Shown here: positions 51,851 through 60,612 of the stretch, in pieces
How the letters are laid out: each line of letters opens with the position of its first letter
Position numbering within the stretch: position 1 is the first letter of the stretch
DNA from: an uncultured delta proteobacterium
Lineage (GTDB): Bacteria; Myxococcota_A; Polyangia; Polyangiales; JAFGIB01
DNA: 64,000 nucleotides
NCBI GenBank assembly: GCA_963778655.1
Contig: CAVZVA010000010.1
Coordinates: 288,001-352,000, forward strand
Reading direction: 5' to 3'
Position numbers and translations under genes: made by a program
Notes under the pieces: generated by a model
Told to the model about the DNA's origin: nothing
The model's input: only the letters and a program-made list of their open reading frames with translations
Database searches by the model: none

Positions 51851-52279
51851 TCAACCCGCCTGCGGGCGCTCGCGCCGCCACGCCAGGTAGTCGGCGAGAA
51901 TCCGCGCATGGTCGAACGCGAGCGCTTGCGGCCACGCGCCAGGCGCGAACACGGAGAGCGCCTTGGCGTCGTCCATGGCGTGCGGCGTGCCGGTCGCGTG
52001 CGCCACGTACACGATCGACACGGTGTGGCCGCGCGGGTCACGCGCCGGGTCCGAGTACACGCCGAGCAGCGCGTCGAGGCTGACCGAGAGCCCGGTCTCC
52101 TCCGCGGCTTCGCGCACGGCCGCTGCTTCCACCGTCTCGCCGACATCGACGAAGCCGCCGGGCAGCGCCCAGCCGTACGGGGGATTGGCGCGCTCGATCA
52201 GGACGATCGGCCGCCCCGGCCGATCCGAGAGCTCGATCACGGTGTCGGCAGCGAGCAGCGGCGTACGGGGCGCAGGCAT
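51851..52279 (-). CDS. NUDIX hydrolase (ADP-ribose pyrophosphatase-like)
   Basis: ALPGGFVDVGETVEAAAVREAAEETGL Nudix box, RDPRGH, LAFDH. Confidence 0.93.
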   Translation of the reverse strand: MPAPRTPLLAADTVIELSDRPGRPIVLIERANPPYGWALPGGFVDVGETVEAAAVREAAEETGLSVSLDALLGVYSDPARDPRGHTVSIVYVAHATGTPHAMDDAKALSVFAPGAWPQALAFDHARILADYLAWRRERPQAG

Positions 52280-52343
52280 GCCCGAGTCTTGCACCGCGCA
52301 ACGCGCGAAGCGAGAGCCAGCCTCGCCGAGGCCGCGGGCAGTC

Positions 52344-52385
52344 AAAGAAAAGCCCGCGGCCTCGGAGTCTCCCGAGGCCGCGGGC
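52344..52385 (-). terminator. Intrinsic terminator of amtB
   Basis: Perfect 14-bp stem (52352-52365 / 52372-52385), 6-nt loop, followed by TTTTCTTT on the minus strand. Confidence 0.85.
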
Positions 52386-52422
52386 CAGCTGCGCTAGAAC
52401 GCGCTCAGCGTGCGCCCGATGC

Positions 52423-53901
52423 TCAGGCGCTGCTGCCGCTCGGCGCCATCGCGCCCGCAGGCGCGGCAGCCACGGTGGAAGCGGCCACGGTCGCCGGCGA
52501 CTCGGTCCTGCCAGCTTCGCCCGGGTAGCCCTCGATGCCCATCTCCGGCACGTCGAGGCCCGCGATCTCGTCTTCGAGGCTGACGCGGTTGCCCACGATC
52601 CCGTCGATGACCTTGAGCGCGACGTAGGTGACCCCGGCGGTCCAGGCGAAGCACACGATCACACCGATGCAGGAGGCCACGAACTGCCCCGCGTCACCGT
52701 AGAACAGGCCCTTCACCGTGCCGGGCACGCCGTTCCAGCCGTCGCCGTAGCGGCCGTCGGAGAGCAGCCCGAGCGCGAGAATGCCCCACGCGCCGTTGAC
52801 GCCGTGAACCGCGATCGCGCCGACCGGATCGTCGATCTTCATCGAGTTCTCGATGTACATCGCCGAAACGATCACCAGCACGCCGGCAATCAAGCCGATC
52901 AGCATGGACGCGGGTGCAGTCACGAATGCGCACGGGGCGGTGATGGCGACCAGGCCCGCCAGCATGCCGTTGCACAGCAACGTCACATCGGGCTTGCCGT
53001 AGCGGATCTTCATGTACAGGTAGGCACCGAAGGCGCCCGAGGCGGACGCGAGCAGGGTGTTGGTCGCGATCACCGCGATGCGGGTATCCATGCCGGCCAA
53101 CGTGGAGCCGGGGTTGAAGCCGAACCAGCCGAAGGCCAGGATGAACGTGCCGATGGCGACCATCGCCACGTTGTGGCCCGGGATCGGCTTGGCCTTGCCG
53201 TCCTTGTCGAACTTGCCGTGCCGGGCCCCGAGCATCTTGGCGCCGACGAACGCGGCCACGCCGCCGACCATGTGCACGACCGAGCTGCCGGCGAAGTCGA
53301 CGTGACCGTGGCCGAGCCCGTAGTTGCGGCCGAGCGCGGACAGCCAGCCGCCGCCCCACACCCAGTTGGCGAAGATCGGATAGGTGAAGCCGGTGATGAC
53401 GAAGCTGAAGATCACGAACGAGCTGAACTTCCAGCGCTCGGCCATCGCGCCGGTGGGGATGGTGGCCGTGGTGTCCATGAACACCATCTGAAACAGGAAC
53501 AGGGCCGCGATCGGCGCCGTGTACACGGCTGGGGACAGGAAGAAGCCCGACATGCCGAACAGGCCGAATTCCTTGCCACCCAGATGGATGATGAATTCGC
53601 TGTTCAAGCTGGCGTCGTTGCCGAAGGTGCCGAGCGCGCCCACGCCGCCCATCTGCAGCCCGAAGCCCAGCGCCCAGTAGGCGCAGATGCCGATGCTGTA
53701 GACGAGGAAGTTCATCCCCATGGTGTGCGCGACGTTCTTGCCCCGGGTCAGGCCGGTCTCGACCATCGCGAAACCCGCCTGCATGAACATGACCAGGAAC
53801 CCTGCGAGCAGGGTCCACATGATGTTGATGGCGACCTGGATGTCGCCAACGGCCTTGGCGTTGTCGGCGAGCTGTTTCGCCATATCTGCTGCAGTGGGCA
53901 T
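52423..53901 (-). CDS. amtB: Ammonium transporter
   Basis: MQAGF, FQMVF, ERWKF, WVWGGGWL, DFAGSSVVH, GWFGFN, NG.LAGLVAIT, DDPVGAIAVHG. AAGGAG RBS. Confidence 0.96.
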   Translation of the reverse strand: MPTAADMAKQLADNAKAVGDIQVAINIMWTLLAGFLVMFMQAGFAMVETGLTRGKNVAHTMGMNFLVYSIGICAYWALGFGLQMGGVGALGTFGNDASLNSEFIIHLGGKEFGLFGMSGFFLSPAVYTAPIAALFLFQMVFMDTTATIPTGAMAERWKFSSFVIFSFVITGFTYPIFANWVWGGGWLSALGRNYGLGHGHVDFAGSSVVHMVGGVAAFVGAKMLGARHGKFDKDGKAKPIPGHNVAMVAIGTFILAFGWFGFNPGSTLAGMDTRIAVIATNTLLASASGAFGAYLYMKIRYGKPDVTLLCNGMLAGLVAITAPCAFVTAPASMLIGLIAGVLVIVSAMYIENSMKIDDPVGAIAVHGVNGAWGILALGLLSDGRYGDGWNGVPGTVKGLFYGDAGQFVASCIGVIVCFAWTAGVTYVALKVIDGIVGNRVSLEDEIAGLDVPEMGIEGYPGEAGRTESPATVAASTVAAAPAGAMAPSGSSA

Positions 53902-54117
53902 GGAGCAATCTCCTTCTTCCTTCGAAATCCTTGGATGGCCTCGTTGAGCCAGAGTCTAGCTACCCCGCCCACATTTCCGGTCGATGTCGTATCCGAGATC
54001 GGCGCGTAAATTTCGGTCAGGGTGTGATCCCCGAGCGGTGCGACAGCCCAGTCTCGGAACACCGGATGCGCGCGGGGGTTTGGCACATTCCGGCACGCTG
54101 GCGGCAGGCCATGGACC

Positions 54118-54133
54118 TGGCACGCGACGTGCG
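54118..54133 (+). promoter_or_regulatory. Putative sigma-54 promoter of the MYXO-CTERM gene
   Basis: TGGCACGCGACGTGCG has GG-N10-GC and lies 46 nt upstream of ATG 54180, which has an AAGGAG RBS. Confidence 0.55.
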
Positions 54134-54179
54134 TATGTAGCGGGAGGCGCTCGCAAAACCGGGCGCGAAGGAGCGGACT

Positions 54180-55316
54180 ATGCCCGCAGCACCTCCCTGT
54201 CCCAGACCCCGGCCGCGGCGGCTGACGGCGGCGTCTGCCGAAACCACCCCGTTCCGGCTGCCGGCGACGGCGTTGGCCATGCTCTGGATCGCCGTGGCGG
54301 CGGGCTCGGCGCGCGCGCAGACCTGCGTGGACGACACGGACTGCCCGGATCGCTTCACCTGCGAAAAAGTCGGCTCCATCCCGTGCTCCGACGTCAAACC
54401 GTGCCCGCAGGGGCAAACCTGTCCTGAGCAACCGGCATGCGCGCCGATGGACTTGCTGGAGTGCAGGTCCCCGGACTGCAGCACCGACGCCGACTGCCCC
54501 ACGGACATGGTGTGCTGGGAGCAGACCAGCACCGCGTGCACGGACCAGTCCGCGCCTGCGTGCAAGCCGGGCGCAGACTGTCCCGATGCTGGTGACGGCG
54601 GCTCGGCTACCGATGCCGGACAGCCCGACTGCACCACCACCACCAGCCGCAGCTGCGTGCCGCGCTACGTGCCCCCCTGCAAGACCGACGCGGACTGCGG
54701 CGCGGGGTTCACCTGCAAGGCGCAGCAACGGTGCGCGTGCTCGGGCGGCGCCGGCATCTTGCCGGACGGCGGGGTGGCGATGTCCCAGCCCGATCAGTGT
54801 ACGTGCGAGCCGAGCGGAACTTCGTATTGCGAGCTGCAGCGGACCGAGTGCAGCAGCGCGGGCGATTGCCCGAGCGGTTTCAGCTGCGGCGCAGACCCGA
54901 ACGCGGCGGTGTGCAGCAGCGCGGGCGGCAGCGGCACCAGCAGCGGGAGCAGCGGCGGCGCCGCGGGCGCGGCTGCAGTCGAGCAGGATGGTGGTCAGCC
55001 GGCGGATCTGGGCGGTGGTGCGTGCCCGGACGCGGGTGCGCCGGCCATGCTCTGCCTGCCGCCCTACTACGAGCTCGGGTTCAACCGCAGCGGCGGCGCA
55101 ACGGCCGCCGACGCGGAGCAGGCGGGCAAGGGCGGCGGCGCCGATGGCGGCGCCGGCTCGGCGACCTCGGACGCAGGCACCACGCACACCGCGGTCAAGA
55201 CCAAGAGCAAGTCCCACGGCTGCGCGGTCGCAGCCGACGACACGCAGGCGAGCCTGCTGCAGCTGTTGGGCCTACTTGGCCTAGCCGTGCTGCGACGGCG
55301 CCGCGCGCACGACTGA
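54180..55316 (+). CDS. Cys-rich surface protein with a MYXO-CTERM-like sorting signal
   Basis: Signal ending ARA-Q; repeated 'C..D.DC...F.C' modules; C-terminal HGCAVA...LLGLLGLAVLRRRR. Confidence 0.85.
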   Translation: MPAAPPCPRPRPRRLTAASAETTPFRLPATALAMLWIAVAAGSARAQTCVDDTDCPDRFTCEKVGSIPCSDVKPCPQGQTCPEQPACAPMDLLECRSPDCSTDADCPTDMVCWEQTSTACTDQSAPACKPGADCPDAGDGGSATDAGQPDCTTTTSRSCVPRYVPPCKTDADCGAGFTCKAQQRCACSGGAGILPDGGVAMSQPDQCTCEPSGTSYCELQRTECSSAGDCPSGFSCGADPNAAVCSSAGGSGTSSGSSGGAAGAAAVEQDGGQPADLGGGACPDAGAPAMLCLPPYYELGFNRSGGATAADAEQAGKGGGADGGAGSATSDAGTTHTAVKTKSKSHGCAVAADDTQASLLQLLGLLGLAVLRRRRAHD

Positions 55317-55334
55317 TCTTCGAAGCTCGCAGCC

Positions 55335-56666
55335 CTATTTCCCGCTCCAGCGCACGTTGGAGAGCGCGCCGGAGAGCACCTTGTTCTGGTTGAGGCCTTC
55401 GGGATTGGAGATGAAGATGCCGCCGCGCGAGGAGGCGAACGCCACCATCCGGCAGTCGGGCGAGAAGGCCGGATCCTGGTTGCTGCCCTGACCCTGGGTC
55501 AGGCGCGTGTATTCGCCGGTCTTCAGGTTGACGGTGAAGATGTCGAAGGCGCCGCCGTCGCGACCGGTGAACGCGATCAGGGGAGAGTCGGGGTCCATGC
55601 ACCAGGAGGGCGTCTGGTTGTACTCGCCCTTGTAGGTGACGCGCTTGGCGTCGCCGCCGCCCGCGCCCATCACGAACACCTGCGGTCCGCCGTGACGCGT
55701 GGACACGAACGCGATCTGCCCGCCCGGGCCGCAGGCGGGGCTGATGTCGATCGCGGGGTTGTTGGTGATGCGGCGGACGTCGCCGCCGTCGAGATTCGCG
55801 CTGTAGATCTCGCTGTTGCCGTCGCGGGAAGAGCTGAAGTACACCCGGCCGTTGCACACCGTCACGCCCATGTTCAGGCCGCTGCTGCTGATCACCGGCG
55901 CCTCGCGATGCTTGGTGTTGGTGATGAACATGCCGCTCGAGCTGAGGATCGAGTACCAGATGCCGTGCAGGGCGCCGAACGCCGACAACATCGCGAGGCC
56001 CCGGCCGCGGTTGATGCGGCCCTGGTTCTGCCCGTCGAAGTCCGAGACGTAGACGTCCTTGCGCCCGGGGCCGAGCTTGCGCGTGAAGCTGAGCCGAGTG
56101 TTGAAGGCGCCCGGCTTACCGGTCAGCACGCGCAGGATCTCGTTGGCGAAGTCGTGCATGAACCCGCGTAGCTCGCCCGTGCCGCCCCGGTAGCTCTTGC
56201 TCAGGATCGGGGTTTCGCCGCGCGCGATCTCGTACAGGCGCATCTCCAGGTGCAGCGCGCTGCCGGCGACCGCCATCTGGCCCTTGACCACGCCCTGCGC
56301 ACCTACGCTCGACCAGGGCGGCTTGGTGACGCCCAGTCCCTCCTGCTGCATGTTGGCGATGAAGGAGCGCGGGTCGAGCACGTTGAACAGCGAGACCAAG
56401 CGCAGATCGTTGCGGATCACGCCCGACCCCTGGGCGCCCAGGGTCGCATCACCGAGCAGGTCGGGCACGGCGATGCGGTAGAGGTCGCGCGCCGGCGCGT
56501 TGACGTCGATCACGATGCGCGTGGGCAGCGGTTGCTCGGGCGTGCCCGTGGCGACGCCGTCCTGCGAGGCGCCCGGCAGGGGCCAGCCGAGCGCGCACGC
56601 GAGCGCGCCGGCGGCGCCGAGCGCCAGCGCGGCGCGGAGGGGTTTGGGGCGGTGAAAGGCGTTCAT
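55335..56666 (-). CDS. tolB: Tol-Pal beta-propeller protein TolB
   Basis: TolB_N-like domain followed by PD40 repeats (SSRDGNSEIY, FVSTR.GGPQVF, YNQTPSW, NQDPAFSPD). GAGGA before ATG. Confidence 0.88.
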   Translation of the reverse strand: MNAFHRPKPLRAALALGAAGALACALGWPLPGASQDGVATGTPEQPLPTRIVIDVNAPARDLYRIAVPDLLGDATLGAQGSGVIRNDLRLVSLFNVLDPRSFIANMQQEGLGVTKPPWSSVGAQGVVKGQMAVAGSALHLEMRLYEIARGETPILSKSYRGGTGELRGFMHDFANEILRVLTGKPGAFNTRLSFTRKLGPGRKDVYVSDFDGQNQGRINRGRGLAMLSAFGALHGIWYSILSSSGMFITNTKHREAPVISSSGLNMGVTVCNGRVYFSSSRDGNSEIYSANLDGGDVRRITNNPAIDISPACGPGGQIAFVSTRHGGPQVFVMGAGGGDAKRVTYKGEYNQTPSWCMDPDSPLIAFTGRDGGAFDIFTVNLKTGEYTRLTQGQGSNQDPAFSPDCRMVAFASSRGGIFISNPEGLNQNKVLSGALSNVRWSGK

Positions 56667-56815
56667 GTGTCCTCGGACGGGCCGCACCGGGGCCGCCTTC
56701 ACGGCCCGGGCCAGAGGGCTTGTTCTACACCAGACCTGCGCGTGTGCCGGACGAAATACGCTCCTGCGCTCGGCGGCCAGGCGAGCGCGTGCGCGCCCAT
56801 ACCGCGCGCGCCACC

Positions 56816-57604
56816 CTACTCCGCACCCTCGCCACTGAAGCGCACGCCGATCGTCTTGCCAACGAAGCGGTACGCCACGTCCGGCGGCGGCTCGGGCAGG
56901 GTGGCGCCCGAGTCGTGCAGCTGCTGCAGGCGGTCCTCCACCGACTGGTCGAACAGCGGCTCTCCGCTCGACTTGTCGAGCTTGAAGTCGCCTACCTTCA
57001 AGTCGCGCGTGATCTCGAAGCTCGCCGCCGCCACCAGCTTGCTGGTGTCGCCCAGGGTGGTGGGGATGGTCCAGCCGCGCTTGAGAAACGACACCAGCTT
57101 GCCGAGGTAGATGTCGCCGACCTGGGCTTCCTTTTCGGTGCCCTCGGCGATGCCCTCGGGATCGCCTTCTTTCTCGCGTTCCTCGGCGATCTCCGCGAAG
57201 GCCTGGGCACGGTCGCCCAGACGCGTGAGCAGGTCGGGGGTCGGGTTCTCCGGGCGCGGGCCCGCGTCGGGCTTGTCCGGAGGAGGCGGGTTCATGTTCT
57301 TGGAGACGACCTTCTCCTTGTCGGGCGCAGTGCTCTTGCGCGGCACGATGCGATTGGGGAGCTTCTTGGGGTCGAGCTTCTTGCCCAAGCGCACGAAGCG
57401 CGCCTCGACCACGTGCTGCTCGACGAAGCTGTCCGGACGCGTAGCGCTGGCGGCAGCCAGCGCCGAGGTCACCAGCACCACCAGCAGCGGCAGCGCCACG
57501 TGCGCGCCGAGCGCGAACAGCGCGCCGCCGACCAACACCTCGCGGCTTTCGGGCCGGGGCTCGAGCATGGTGGGCGGGCGGTTGTCGTAGCGCTCGAGGT
57601 GCAT
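56816..57604 (-). CDS. tolA: TolA/TonB-family energy transducer
   Basis: TM helix containing His (ALGAHVAL), Pro/charged linker, C-terminal 'W.IP...KSSGEPLFDQSV'; lies between tolR and tolB. Confidence 0.75.
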   Translation of the reverse strand: MHLERYDNRPPTMLEPRPESREVLVGGALFALGAHVALPLLVVLVTSALAAASATRPDSFVEQHVVEARFVRLGKKLDPKKLPNRIVPRKSTAPDKEKVVSKNMNPPPPDKPDAGPRPENPTPDLLTRLGDRAQAFAEIAEEREKEGDPEGIAEGTEKEAQVGDIYLGKLVSFLKRGWTIPTTLGDTSKLVAAASFEITRDLKVGDFKLDKSSGEPLFDQSVEDRLQQLHDSGATLPEPPPDVAYRFVGKTIGVRFSGEGAE

Positions 57605-57641
57605 GGTCAGGAGGTCGACCGCAAGCGCGCGCTCGCGGCAG

Positions 57642-58052
57642 TCATTCGGAGCTCAACGGATCGGTCACCAGACCGACCTTCTCGATCCCGCCCTGTCGCA
57701 CCAGGGCCATCACCTTGGCCACGAAGCCGTAGGGCACGGTCTCGTCGGCCTGGATGTAGATCTCCTTGTCGTGCTGCAGGCGGTCGTTGGTGGTCAGCGC
57801 TTGTTCCAGCCGGTCGTAGGGCACCTCGGCCTCACCCAGGAACACCTTCTGTTCCTTGGTGATGGTCAGCAGCAGCTTCTCGTCCTCGCGATCCATGCGC
57901 GGGGCACGCGTCTTGGGCAGGTCGATCTCCATGCCGGTGGTCATCATCGGCGCGCTGACCATGAAGATGATGAGCAGCACCAACATCACGTCGACCAACG
58001 GCGTGACGTTGATCTCGCTGAGAGGTCCCTTGCCGCCGCTGCTGAAGGCCAT
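57642..58052 (-). CDS. tolR: TolR/ExbD
   Basis: SEINVTPLVDVMLVLLIIFMV, IDLP, ADETVPYG. Confidence 0.93.
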   Translation of the reverse strand: MAFSSGGKGPLSEINVTPLVDVMLVLLIIFMVSAPMMTTGMEIDLPKTRAPRMDREDEKLLLTITKEQKVFLGEAEVPYDRLEQALTTNDRLQHDKEIYIQADETVPYGFVAKVMALVRQGGIEKVGLVTDPLSSE

Positions 58053-58059
58053 GCTGCCG

Positions 58060-58830
58060 TCAACCCGCCAGGAAGTGCCGGCGCACGATGTTGAGCATGT
58101 CGCTCGAGAAGCTCTCCATCTCGCTGGCCAGCACGTTGATGCGACGCACGAAGTAATTGTACGCCATCACCGCGGGGATCGCCGCCGCCAGGCCGATCGC
58201 GGTGGCGATCAGGGCCTCGGCGATGCCGGGTGCGACCACGTCGAGGCTGGCGTTCTTGCGCGCGCCGATCGCGATGAACGAGCTCATGATGCCCCAGACC
58301 GTGCCGAACAAGCCGACGAATGGCGCGGTGGAGCCGGTGGTGGCCAAGAAAGGCACCATCGCCTCCAGGCTGGTGACCTCGTTGGAGCTGGCGCGGCGCA
58401 GCGCGCGCGCGATGTTGTCGATGTCGCCGCCGTAGTGCTTCTGGCCGACCTGGCTGGCGCGGTCGGCGCCGAGCACACGCGCCAGCTCCACGTAGCCCGC
58501 GTGGAAGACGTTGGCCAGCGGCGAGCGCGCGCGGCTCTGGATGTTGGCGTAGAGCGACTCGAGCCGCTGCACGCTCCACACGTTGCCCTGTTCCGGGTCC
58601 CAGAACTGGCGCAGGAACAGCGCGCTCTGGCGCGTCGCCTGCGACAACCGTACCAGCTTGGAGCCGATCACGAACCAGCACACCAGCGACATGCCGGCCA
58701 GCAGCAACAGCACCATCATCACCACCGGTGAAGCGCTGACGACCAGCGCCCACGGGTCGAGCTTGGGGGCCGTGTCCGGCGGAACGCCGGCGGCCAACGT
58801 CACCAGCCGTGCGAGCATCACGTGGTGCAT
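58060..58830 (-). CDS. tolQ: TolQ/ExbB
   Basis: LATTGSTAPFVGLFGTVWGIM, VAPGIAEALIATAIGLAAAIPAV.AYN. Confidence 0.93.
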   Translation of the reverse strand: MHHVMLARLVTLAAGVPPDTAPKLDPWALVVSASPVVMMVLLLLAGMSLVCWFVIGSKLVRLSQATRQSALFLRQFWDPEQGNVWSVQRLESLYANIQSRARSPLANVFHAGYVELARVLGADRASQVGQKHYGGDIDNIARALRRASSNEVTSLEAMVPFLATTGSTAPFVGLFGTVWGIMSSFIAIGARKNASLDVVAPGIAEALIATAIGLAAAIPAVMAYNYFVRRINVLASEMESFSSDMLNIVRRHFLAG

Positions 58831-58937
58831 AACGGTCCTTCTCCTCTCGACTGCAGGCGGTGTTTCAACACGCGCCTTCGAGGCTGTCAATCCGCGCAGT
58901 CATTCCCGCAAACTGCCGGGGACACGCCCAACCGGTC

Positions 58938-59004
58938 CACAGCAAGACGAGAAGGCGGGAAGAACAACGTTCGTCCAGGCGCCCCGCCTTCCCGTCGTGC
59001 CGTG
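58938..59004. repeat. REP-like palindrome, copy 3
   Basis: CACAGCAAGACGAGAAGGCGGGAAG...CCCGCCTTCCCGTCGTGCCGTG. Confidence 0.7.
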
Positions 59005-59010
59005 AATCGC

Positions 59011-59580
59011 TCAGCGCGCCTGCTCGGCCCGGGCGACCAAGGCGCTCAGCTCGTCGTATTCGACCGCGCCGTGCTCGACCTTCGCCACCGCGCCGTCCTT
59101 GCCGACCACGCAGGTCCACGGCACGGCCTGGATTCCCAGCCGGTCGGTCAACCCCGGCTCGCCCTTGCCGACCGGATAGTCGATGCCGAGCTGGTGCGCC
59201 TTTTGGGTGAGGGCGGGCAGCGGCAGGTCGTCGATCGCGAGGCCGATCACGGTCTTGCCCTCGTGTCGCAGCCGGCTGAGCACGGGGATCTCGTGGCGGC
59301 AGGGAATGCACCAGGTCGCCCAGAAGCTCAGCACCACCACGTGCCCGCGCTCGTCTTTCAGCCGGAACACGCTGCCGTCACCGAGCTCGGCTCGCACCCG
59401 TCCCAGCGGGTGACCGGGCTCGAGCGCGCCGCTGCCCTGCAGCGAGTTGATCCAGAACAGCAGGCCCGCGCCCAGCGCCAGCAGCATCGCGCCGCGGCGG
59501 ATGCCCGCGCGCAAGGCTGGATCGAGCCGCGGGGCGGGTTCTCCGGTGTCGGGCGCGCCGGGCTCGATGGGCTCAGGCAT
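59011..59580 (-). CDS. TlpA/ResA-family membrane-anchored thioredoxin
   Basis: TM helix, VVVLSFWATWCIPCRHEIP, GI.AVP.T.VV..DG. Confidence 0.9.
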   Translation of the reverse strand: MPEPIEPGAPDTGEPAPRLDPALRAGIRRGAMLLALGAGLLFWINSLQGSGALEPGHPLGRVRAELGDGSVFRLKDERGHVVVLSFWATWCIPCRHEIPVLSRLRHEGKTVIGLAIDDLPLPALTQKAHQLGIDYPVGKGEPGLTDRLGIQAVPWTCVVGKDGAVAKVEHGAVEYDELSALVARAEQAR

Positions 59581-59750
59581 TGGGCCAAGCCTACAGCCCC
59601 GAGCGCGGCGCGCCACAAGCATACGCGCAGAGCCCGCAGTTACGTTCCGGGCCCGGGCGCCGGCTGCGCAGCGGCCCCGCTGGCGAGCCCCGCGCGGCCG
59701 TGCCATGTCTTGCCGGTCCAGCGGCCCGCGGCCAGGGCGTACATACGACC

Positions 59751-60611
59751 ATGCGCGATGACGACGAGCTGACCGACGATGCGCTCGCCGGACCCTACCG
59801 GGTGTGGCAGCGCAGGCGCGGCCACCGCTATTCGCTCGACGACGTGGCCACGGCCTGGGTGGCGGCGCGCGCGGCGCCGGGGGCCGAGCTCGCGCTCGAT
59901 CTCGGCGCGGGGCTGGGCTCGGTGCTGTTGATGCTCGCGTACAAGCTGCCACGGGCATGGCTGTGGGGCGTGGAAGCTCAGGACGAATCGTTCGCGCTAC
60001 TCGAGCGCAACTGCGCGCGCAACCGCGTGCGGTCGCGCGTGCGGCTTCTGCGAGCCGACTTGCGCGGCCCGGCGTGCGCGCAACAGCTGCTGGGCGAGGC
60101 GGCTGCGCGCGGCGCGCGCGGCTTCGCGCTGGTCACCGGCACGCCGCCGTACCAGCCGCCCGGCCGCGGCAGCGTCTCGCCCGACCCGCAGCGCGCGCAC
60201 GCGCGGGTGGAGCTGCGCGGCGGGGTGGAGGCCTACCTGCAGGCGGGCGGAGAGCTGCTCGCGGCCGACGGCGTGATGGTGGTGTGCGCGGACGCGCGCG
60301 CGCCGGAGCGCGTGGAGCAGGGTGCGCGCACGGCGGGGCTGTGGCCGTGCAGCCGGCTCGACGTGGTGCCGAGCGCGCACAAGCCGGCGTTGTTTTCGGT
60401 CTTCACACTGCGCCGCGCCGGAGCTGCGGGCGCGGGCGTGCTGCGCCACGAGCCGCCGCTGTTCGCACGCGACGCGCACGGCGCGCGCACCGAGCAGGCG
60501 CTGGCGCTGCGCCGCTTCTTCGATCTGCCCGTGGCTGCAGACGAGGCGCCGAGCCCGCGGCGGCGCGCGCGAGGCCGGCAGGCCGGCGGCGGCGCGCGCG
60601 AGGCAGGTTGA
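59751..60611 (+). CDS. SAM-dependent methyltransferase, tRNA1(Val) m6A37 (TrmN6/YfiC)-like
   Basis: Q...GHRYSLD, LDLGAGLG, GVEAQ, GTPPY, ARVELRG. Confidence 0.8.
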   Translation: MRDDDELTDDALAGPYRVWQRRRGHRYSLDDVATAWVAARAAPGAELALDLGAGLGSVLLMLAYKLPRAWLWGVEAQDESFALLERNCARNRVRSRVRLLRADLRGPACAQQLLGEAAARGARGFALVTGTPPYQPPGRGSVSPDPQRAHARVELRGGVEAYLQAGGELLAADGVMVVCADARAPERVEQGARTAGLWPCSRLDVVPSAHKPALFSVFTLRRAGAAGAGVLRHEPPLFARDAHGARTEQALALRRFFDLPVAADEAPSPRRRARGRQAGGGAREAG

Positions 60612-60612
60612 G

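Noticed and set aside
54081..54096. Second TGGCAC as another sigma-54 site
   Set aside because: Spacing is GG-N9-GC rather than the required N10.
54180..55316. TraA kin-recognition receptor
   Set aside because: It is Cys-rich with a MYXO-CTERM-like tail, but has no N-terminal PA14-like domain and no adjacent traB/OmpA gene.
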